Shown here: positions 23,855 through 32,000 of the stretch, one piece after another
How positions within the stretch are numbered: position 1 is the first letter of the stretch
Layout: each line of letters begins with the position of its first letter
Assembly: GCA_054661495.1 (NCBI GenBank)
Contig: BAAFSQ010000053.1
Coordinates: 1 to 32,000, forward strand
DNA from: Zygophlyctis sp. KS116
Taxonomy: Eukaryota > Fungi > Chytridiomycota
Length of the DNA stretch: 32,000 nt
Reading direction: 5' to 3'
Notes under the pieces: generated by a model
The model's database searches: none
Told to the model about the DNA's origin: nothing
What the model saw: only the letters and a program-made list of their open reading frames with translations
Program-made: the position numbers and the translations under genes

Positions 23855-23994
23855 GAGAGAAGTCATTATATGCTATTTTTGATACCAAAGTCTATTTATG
23901 AAACAAGATGCTATTAATGGATTGTAGATTCTGCCCAATGTAAAGTGTTAAGTCGATGCGGGAGTCGTAGGTGAAGTGGATCGTTGATAAGCGA

Positions 23995-24676
23995 ATGGCT
24001 GCATTCTTTCAATCCTCAACTCACAGGTACATTTTAATCATTAAATCTTAGAGATCAATGGGTGATCAATAGGCCGTCCGGAATAATATCGGAGACGCTC
24101 GCATACATTACATTTATAGATCAACTTGCTGTAAGACTAAAACAAAGGAGAAAAATAGCAGCGACGGCAACTGTTTATTTCTATAGAGTCTTTAAAAAAC
24201 TATCCACTTTAGATTACTATTTGGTGTGCTGTACGTGCTTGTTTTTAGCGTCAAAGGTGGAAGAATGCCCAGCCAATTTAAAAACAATGTTGATAGAGGC
24301 ATCATGCTTGAAAATAGACTTGGTTGCAGAGATATCGGATGTCATTGATACTGAATTATTATTACTTCAGGAGTTGGAATTCTCCTTGATTGTGTTTCAT
24401 CCTTATCCGCTTCTTTCTAGGTATTTAAAGGATATGGGACAATTAGAAATTCTGGATTTGGCTTGGAACGTGATGAATGATTTATACAAGAGTAGTGTAA
24501 TTTTACAGTATTCTCCTCACTCTTTGGCTCTTGGAGTTATATTTTTTTTATTGGTTTTCAAGGAATTAGAGATTAGTAATTCTTGTTGGTCAGACGAAAG
24601 GTTTAATTCTGTTGAAGCAGCATCAATCATTCAAAATTTACTCATTGTATACAAGGAAATGAAAGATTATAAATAG
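23995..24676 (+). CDS. SSN8: Cyclin C (Mediator kinase-module cyclin)
   Basis: MAAFFQSSTHRDQW N-terminus via an intron at 24027-24051. ATATVYFYR, CLFLASKVEECP, LEFSLIVFHPY and AWNVMNDLY. Confidence 0.85.
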
Positions 24677-24681
24677 ATGGA

Positions 24682-26565
24682 TTAAACTTCTTCTTTAGGT
24701 TTTTTACTAGCTGAAACATCTTCTGCTGATCCTGCTTTTCTCTTTAAACCAAACGTGATTTTTTCTCTTGGTTCAGTCTCTAACAAAGGTGCATTGCTTT
24801 GCTCAACAACTACAGGAGGTAATGGACGCTGGGCTGGAGCTTGAGTCTTTATCTTTTCAGGGGCAATAGTTGGAAGTTTAGCACTATGAATAAGTTTAAT
24901 AGGAGACTTACGCTCTATTTCCAACACTAAGAGTAATGTACGCATTTCCAGACTGTTTAATAGTTTCAGAAACTATTTGGGCATTATTCATACTCACTGC
25001 TTCTGCTTGTTTAGCTTTTCTCTCTTCTTCAATTCTCTGTAATCTTTTTTCAGCCTTTTTCTTTCCAGGCATATGTCCATGAAATTTATGTGCAAGTTGT
25101 TTATAGGCCTGATAATTATAAAGATTAAAATACCTCTTTTGTATTGAGTTCTCTACCAAATTCATCATAGTATGCAATTTTAACATCAGGCACATAATTT
25201 TTAAACTTTTCTTCTTTTAGTCTAATTTGCTCTCTTTCCAGTCTTTTAGCATCAATCTCTCTCTGTCTTTCCAAATCGCGACCAGATAATTTATGCCCAC
25301 TAGCTCTTTGTTTTTCTCTTTCTTTTTCCCTTTCAGCAATTCGAAGTTTTTCTTTTTTGCGTTGTTCAACCAACCACAATTCCCTTTCTCTCAATTTATT
25401 TGCTCGCTCTTGTTCTTCTGGGGATAATCTTTGAACTAGACCTTTTTGACTTAGTAGAGCAAGAGTTGCTCCAAGCCCAGAAGACACCAATGGCTCTGAA
25501 TGAAAAGCAGCCTCTTCTTTAACTTCTTCTTCTTCAAAGACTTCTTCTTTTACGTCTTCTTCTTTGACATCAACCTCCATCTCTTCAAAATGAACTTTTC
25601 TCTCTCTTTCAATATTTTCAACTTTTTCAGCATTTTCAGCATTTTCAGGAATTCCACTATCCCCTAGATGAGAGGGAATATCTGTAGCCATCTCTTCTTG
25701 TTTCACATAAACTTGTAAATCTTTTTCCAACTTTTCCACTTTTAAATCCTCTGTTGGACTTAAATTACCCAAATTCCTTATAAACTCTGTTGCTTCTGAA
25801 ATCACCAACCCACCTTCATCCTCTGAAGATTCTTCATGTTGGTTTGAAATTACTTTTTTTTTAAAAAAAATATTAAAATATACCATTTGCTACATACTCT
25901 GCACCCATTTTAACTTTTTCCTTTCTTACTTTTGAAATTGCATCTTGTAAATCATCATCATCTACAAAATCCCCAATTATTTTCTTCTTATTTGAAGTAG
26001 ATCCTTGCTTCAAATCTTTAAATTCTATAGAAAAATCCGAATCTTTCTTTCTTGATCTAATCTTTTTCTTCAACTTTTTAAAACTAGTATCATGATCTGT
26101 AACCATTTTCTTTTCCACAAAACAAGAAATCCCAGCTTCCTTTTCTTTAGTTTCTTGAATTTTATTAATTCTAGTGACTGAAGCTGTCGAGATCTTGAAT
26201 CCTCCAGTAATAATTTTATCATCCTCTTCATCATATTGACTTAGAATATTTATTCTCTGCCCAGGATTTTTAAATTCGTCATCATCTACTCCAGTATATA
26301 ATTTCCCCTTGTGTACTTTTGTAGGAATAGAAGCATCAATTAAAACATCGTCTTCATCTTTAAGAATTTCAGAGTCTTTTAGAACCAGTATATGATCTTT
26401 TCCAGCCTGAAAATCATTGAGATCATGAGAGACTTGAATATCAATATTATCATTGTTTGCATTGGTAGAAGGAGTACTTTTGGTATGAGTCGATTTAGCA
26501 ATCTTTTGAGATTTAGCCTTTTGTCTCTGTATCCAAGCCAATGGATCGTCCAAGTGTTTGCTCAT
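24682..26565 (-). CDS. SNU66: U4/U6.U5 tri-snRNP protein Snu66/SART1
   Basis: VSHDL, ILVLKDSEIL, ILSQYDE, VDDDDLQ, GLVISEATEF, EPLVSSGLGATL and YYDEFGRELNTKEAYKQLAHKFHG. Introns at 25853-25883, 25109-25133 and 24884-24911. Confidence 0.92.
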
Positions 26566-26587
26566 CCTTGTCAAATTTGTTCTTTGA

Positions 26588-27301
26588 ATGGATGAGATTC
26601 AAGTTGATTTCGATTTCTGCTCAATGCAAGAGTCCGATTACTTTGGTTTACTCTTTCTCATCAAACAGATCTTTGGAGAAGATGCAAAAGAGTTGGGCTT
26701 TCTAAGATTGCTGGTGCAAGTTGTGCTTGAATCAAACGGTACAGTCGTAAAAGTTGATGAGAGTGATCCTTATGCATTAATGACAATTATTGATTTTGAT
26801 CAAGATGTAAAGACTTACTTTAACAAGTCTGATCAGCTGTCCAAATATCTAGATAAGAGTTGTTGGTTGGTAAGTGATCGGTTGATAAATATGCCGCCTC
26901 AACTTGTTCCAAATCTCATGAGATTGGTCTTGGATGATATTCAAATACAAAAGGAGTTTGTTGTCTACTTTTGTAAAATGGGTATTTTATCATGGCCTTT
27001 TTTTAACATTTTAGGGAGATATGTTGAATCACCACTTGAATTAGAAGAATCAAATAATAGGCCTGGTAAAAAGAGAAGGATTGAAACTTCAAGTCAAGAG
27101 TTTTACTTTCAGCCAGAAGATGAAGTATTCCAAAAATATGCTATTGAAAAGTTTGATTTTGAATTTGATAAACAATCAATGTCTTCAGATGCAAAGAGAA
27201 CTTTTCAAGATCAAGGAATTGTACCTTTTAGGAGAATTTTGATTCTGAAAAGTAACTTATTAAGTGATATTCAGACTGAATTAGTAAAGTTTTTGCAATA
27301 A
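26588..27301 (+). CDS. BCP1: Bcp1/BCCIP family protein
   Basis: IQVDFDF..DYFGL..LIKQIF, GTVVKVDESDPYA, SDRLINMPPQLVP and FYFQPEDE. Probable in-frame 33-nt intron at 26982-27014. Confidence 0.9.
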   Translation: MDEIQVDFDFCSMQESDYFGLLFLIKQIFGEDAKELGFLRLLVQVVLESNGTVVKVDESDPYALMTIIDFDQDVKTYFNKSDQLSKYLDKSCWLVSDRLINMPPQLVPNLMRLVLDDIQIQKEFVVYFCKMGILSWPFFNILGRYVESPLELEESNNRPGKKRRIETSSQEFYFQPEDEVFQKYAIEKFDFEFDKQSMSSDAKRTFQDQGIVPFRRILILKSNLLSDIQTELVKFLQ

Positions 27302-27306
27302 ATGGC

Positions 27307-30300
27307 TTAGCCTTTTTTATCTAGAGCTTTTAATTCTGCATTCAAGGTGGATTCTTTTAAAGTTTCAAAGAGATTACGTCGCTTTGAATTTTGAATTAAT
27401 GCTTTCCAATCTTTACTCTTTGATAAAGTTTGAGAATTTCCAAGGACAATCATTGTCTTTTTAGCTCTAGTAAGAGCAACATTCTGTTTTTTTCAAGATT
27501 ATATAAATTACCATTCTTCGAGTGTCAGTAATGAATCCAAGTCCTCCGCCTGCACGAACACAGCTAAGGATAATAATGTCCTTTTCTTGGCCTTGAAATC
27601 CATCAACAGTCATGACATCTATACTTTCGGCTAGAGCACGATCCAGATGCTTGTTTAATTGATTTTTAATAGGACGTATTTGGTCCCTGTAAAATGATAT
27701 GATTCCAATCTTATTAATAAAATTAGTTTCTTCTTCAGATCGGCACAAGAGTTTTACTAATTTAGCACAAATGATTGCTTCTTCAATATTGAGTAGGGAA
27801 TTACGTGACGTTTTTTGCTCTCTTCCAAACGAGATATCGATAAATCTATAAGCCCCAAAAGTCTTGAGTTTGTGCCACGATGCTGTACACAAAGATAAAA
27901 CATTAGGGCCATTAAATAATTGAGAGTCGTAAAAGTATTCGCTAGGAAATTGTGATATTTCTGGATGCATACGGTATTGCAGACTATTTTTTAAACTATC
28001 AATATAATACTTTAATAAATGAACAGATTTTCTGTTTACATTCATGATTCTTTGAAACAAACTTTGATTATATAAATATTTTTGGGCTTCTTGTGATATG
28101 ACAGTAGGAGGAAGCTTGTATATTAAATACTATTACTTGTAAAAATACCTGGTTTGGATCACCAACAAGAATGCATTTCTTAGCCTTATATTGCAGTGGT
28201 ATCAAGCAACTGATCTCAATAGATTGACAAGCTTCGTCGATAATGACCTATGCTTAACGAAAAAAGAATTATACAGTGTCAAAATTCAAATCCCGTATTT
28301 CAGAAAACATTTCATGACCAGAACCACTAAGTGTACATAAAATAATATCGGCATTAGATACTAATCTGGCTCTTAATTCTCTGCGGGCCTTTTCTAGAGC
28401 AGCATTCCCTCTCTCTTTTGAGGTCTTAATTTCGTCCAAATTTTTGTGAAGAGCTGTCAACTTTTTATTGATTTCCTTGACTTCATTTTCCAGATCAGCA
28501 CCGCAAGCAGTTGGATCCTTTGAAATCCTCATTCGTATCGTATCACGATCATCATGTAAAGCGGATATTTCGCGTGAAATTCCATTCTTTCTTTCTTCTA
28601 TTTTCAACATGTTAGATTCTGATGAAGAAACAGAATCTTTTAATCCTTTCTCCATTAAAGAATCCTTAAAATTAGTATTTCATCCTTTAAATTACCAATG
28701 TGACGCTTTGAACGGAAGGGTGAACAGAAGCTTTGCCAAATCGAATGATATTCGGAAAAAATGTTTTCCCATATATGTCAAATATACCTGATAGCAAACG
28801 CCGGCAAATTTCATCAACTGCAGCATTTGATGGTGCACAGCATAAAATTCGATTATGATTTAACGGTAATGATTCATTTACAGAGCCTGGAGTCGGAATA
28901 GCTCTAGACTTCTTGATTGAAGCACCTATTATCCCAAGAATGGTCTTAGTCTTGCCCGTCCCTGGTGGGCCTTGTATCATTATAAATCCTCGGTTCTGTG
29001 TAGTTGCTGCAATTATAGCTTCAGCCTGGGGTCCATTAACCTTAAATGCACTCATTATTTTTGATGTTCTAGATTTATCGACCTGAGGAACTGATATTTT
29101 AGTTGGATTGAGGATCTGGTAGCCAAGAGAATATTCTCCCAGCTTGACCATTGCTTCGTATTCTCGAAGAGATGGCGTAAGAGATGTTATTTTCTTTGCA
29201 GACCAAACATTGCTCCTTATAAACGAAAATCCAGGAAGATAAACATTCAACGTCATATTCTTCGTTTCAGGGGACCTTGAAGTGACTGACTTAACGCGAG
29301 CCAATGCGCCAGGATGTGAATCAGTTCCTGATGCCTTCCAGATCATCAGCACGTCATTATCACAGAGCTCAAGTTCATATATGGCACTAGATTCGACTGA
29401 AAAGGTTACATCTAATTGTGAGAAAGTTTAAAATTAAAAATACCAATAAAATCACCAATATGTGAAACATGTTGAGTTTCTATTTCAGTCACACCATTAG
29501 ATCTATGTTCTTTCCATTCTGATGTTAGCTGACCCCATAATTCCGTTAAAAACAATGGATAGAAAGAATCAAAGTAAGACTGATAATCAACGTAAGAATC
29601 TTTCGGACGTTCAAGGCAGCCTATGCCAGGAGGAGTTGCACTAGTACTATCGGCAATATTCCAGGATAGTATCTGACGATAAAATTTATCAATATCATGC
29701 AATTTAATATGCTTCTTTTGAGAGGCTATCACGCTTACTGAGCTTGAAATGGGATTGAGTGAGGTAATATCCAAGATTTTTGTGGAACGCTTTTCCTTGA
29801 CTGGACTTTTTTCCGGACCAAGTTTCGGAGCTGGCTTCGTGATAGATGCAGAATCATTCATTCTGCGAGCTTCAACTCTGACACTAGAGTTGGAAGATCG
29901 AATTTCAGCCTTGATTTGGCTAAGTTTCGATGATGATTTCTGATTCAGAGCGGGGGTTATTTTCTTGGAATTTCTATTTACTTGAAACGAACTTTCCTTT
30001 CGCTTCAAAGAAGAGGTAGCCAGGTCAGTCCAAGAATCTAAGCTTCCCCAATGCCTATTTTGCTTGACTACATTTGAAACGTTTGCAACATATTCAATCT
30101 TCTTATCTTTGGCCTTCTCCAAACGAGCTTCTGGATCACTATTTTGATCATCTTTCATAAACGGCACTCCTGCTTTGGAGAAGAAAGATATATACGATGA
30201 TGTGACATCATTTCCTACACCAGAGGAAGGTAAGACGTTTTCTAGCATTTTTGACAACTTGACAAGATCTTCATTCTGCAAAAGAGATGATCCCATGTAC

Positions 30301-31583
30301 AGAATTGACGTCCCTAGACATGCTTTTCGAGTTTCATCATCATTCACCAGAACCCATTTAATCAGCAAACAATTTAAATAATTCATTTGTTTCCTATCTG
30401 ACTTCATGAACGAAAAATACGTCTTTAAAAGGTTCAACTGACGCAGTACAATATTTTTAAAATCTTTTGGGTATTGCTGCATTTCTATGAGCCATTTATG
30501 AGATATTCGAAGGATTTGAATCATCAGATTTTGAAATAGGCCTTTAAAAATAGAAATTTTTTCATCCAGATCAGACCTGGTACTTTTAAATATAGGAGCA
30601 AATAAGGCTGAGACCGCATCTACAATTCTATTTATGACCTGTAATTTTGGCTGCATATTTTCAGAAATTGAAATAAAAACTGATAAAAATTGTTCTGTGG
30701 TGTCTATAAATCCTTTTGAATCTTTCTTCATCAAGCTTTCTAGAAATTCATTTAAATTAAAGTTATCTGTCGACCCAGTAATAATTCGAATCAATTCATC
30801 ATAGATGCCGTTAGAATCTAAAAACAGCAAAAACAGTATACGAGTTTGTAAAGTTCTTATAAATGCAGAGCGAAAAGATCTTTCACTTCTTCCGATTTCT
30901 CTGATCATATTTACAATCAGCGATTGAATATGAGTATTTAAAGAGTCTAATTCTTGTGTTGTCTTTATCAATGATAAATAACAAATTTCAGAAAAAGATT
31001 TTATCGCCAATACTTTATAAGCCCTATTTATACCATCTTGTGAAACTTTAATGTACAGTTGAGTCGCATCTTTTGATAATTGGTTTATGTTTTCCAATTT
31101 AGGATTGTAAATACTATTTACTAAAACTTTAAGATCTCCAGCCTTTATAAGAAAACATGCTTCTATTGCTTGTAAAATACTAGGATTAACTTTTGGGTCC
31201 TGTAAAAAGAAGACACAAAAATCTGTAGAATTTGAAAAATCCTTTTTAAAAAGTTCAGAGAGAAGAGAATTTAAATAATCTTGAAAAGTGCAAGTCCAGC
31301 TAAATGACAGATTTCTTAGAAATCCTAAATATTTTACTTGTTCTGGAAACTCCTTTAGCCATCTCGGAACCCAATCCAATAATATTTTCTTATAAGAAAG
31401 AGAAGAATCCATTTTACACGTAGAATCCAAAATCTTTAAAATTTCCTTGAATTTCTCTACAGTCCCGACCTTTGCTTGAATATTCAAATTTGTATAAATC
31501 CTTAGATACTGATAAAAATTTGTATATTTTTCCTGAAACCTTTTTCTTACAATCTCTAAAAAGTCTGGAAAATCCCCAAGCAT
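27307..31583 (-). CDS. SEN1: Sen1/senataxin-like SF1 RNA/DNA helicase
   Basis: IQGPPGTGKTKT, CAPSNAAVDE, VIIDEACQ, VGDPNQLPPT, QYRMHPEI, TVDGFQGQEKDIII and RRMNVALTRAK, with a long helical N-terminus. Introns at 29412-29443, 28665-28695, 28248-28274, 28115-28148, 27984-28010 and 27484-27511. The 5' end is uncertain. Confidence 0.93.
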
Positions 31584-31659
31584 CCTAACAACCACTATCA
31601 GTTAGTTTTACATTATCGGACAAGACCATGAACAGGCTCTACTACGTTTTCTAGGAAAC

Positions 31660-31835
31660 CTAACTCTACAATGACCGACCACTAACGCTAAAAATCTAGA
31701 AACCTAACGCTAGGAGTCCAAAAGCCTACCTCTAAAAATCTAGAAACCTAACTCTAGAAATCTAGAAACCTAACGCTAGGAGTCCAAAAGCCTAACGCTA
31801 GGATCCTAGAAACCTAACGCTAGAAATCTAGAAAC
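31660..31835 (-). repeat. 22-nt minisatellite, seven good units plus one degenerate unit
   Basis: Minus-strand consensus GTTTCTAGATTTYTAGCGTTAG. The variant GCTTTTGGACTCCTAGCGTTAG recurs identically 66 nt apart. Confidence 0.95.
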
Positions 31836-31875
31836 CTTAAAAGAAACTCCTAAAAGCAGCCCCTAAAACCAAATC

Positions 31876-31998
31876 CTAAAAGAAAGATAGAAAGAGCCTG
31901 CCGAGTCTCTTAAGAAAAACAATAAACCCACCTTTTTCATCCATTTTCTCTATTAAATCTCCCATCATCTCCAACATTTCCTTTATATCCACAAACTT
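31876..31998 (-). CDS. Partial coding exon entering from the window edge (neighbouring gene or upstream SEN1 exon)
   Basis: Open frame KFVDIKEMLEMMGDLIEKMDEKGGF..., with a helical-protein-like composition. Confidence 0.4.
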   Translation of the reverse strand, partial: KFVDIKEMLEMMGDLIEKMDEKGGFIVFLKRLGRLFLSFF

Positions 31999-32000
31999 GT

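Noticed and set aside
1222-30381. Short antisense or alternate-frame ORFs in the track (e.g. 1222-1443, 4620-4886, 9188-9421, 21966-22259, 28468-28791, 29749-29943)
   Set aside because: They are shadows of well-supported genes and have no recognisable motifs.
31660-31880. Telomere or CRISPR interpretation of the 22-nt array (TTAGG within units)
   Set aside because: There are no unique spacers or cas genes and the context is eukaryotic. The units are heterogeneous, internal and followed by coding-like sequence, so this is not a terminal telomere tract. A telomere-like origin is not strictly excluded.
1-32000. tRNA, rRNA, snRNA or transposase genes
   Set aside because: None was recognisable by eye. 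tRNAscan-SE and Infernal on the larger spacers (2813-3126, 10520-10990, 13192-13442, 20266-20772) would be needed to exclude small RNAs.

Overview
AT-rich, extremely gene-dense eukaryotic nuclear DNA. It is most likely from an early-diverging, chytrid-like fungus; this is inferred from the fungal-type housekeeping genes plus Crinkler and plant-type LRR genes. The ORF track is fragmented because genes are split by ultra-short GT-AG introns: I traced about 46, all 23-34 nt, with a mode of 25 nt. Genes without visible lesions: ankyrin-repeat protein, RNR1, SET/MYND methyltransferase, RMP1/NEPRO-like protein, GPI-anchored surface protein, SLC18-like MFS transporter, ENPP phosphodiesterase, HSP104, NGL/Angel-type nuclease, COX23-like protein, SOK1/TCP11, cyclin C, SNU66/SART1, BCP1 and SEN1. 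Many neighbours are separated by only 5-22 nt or overlap. An accessory island at about 6.9-11.3 kb holds a frameshifted Crinkler-kinase, a gene fragment, a tandemly amplified exon-modular LRR/Cys-rich gene and a GT69 relic. The most notable unexplained signals are a recurrent TCGGACA motif near gene starts, frequent AAG acceptors, and a 22-nt tandem array upstream of SEN1 whose units each read as a back-to-back GT/GC...AG mini-intron. All splice models are manual and need RNA-seq.
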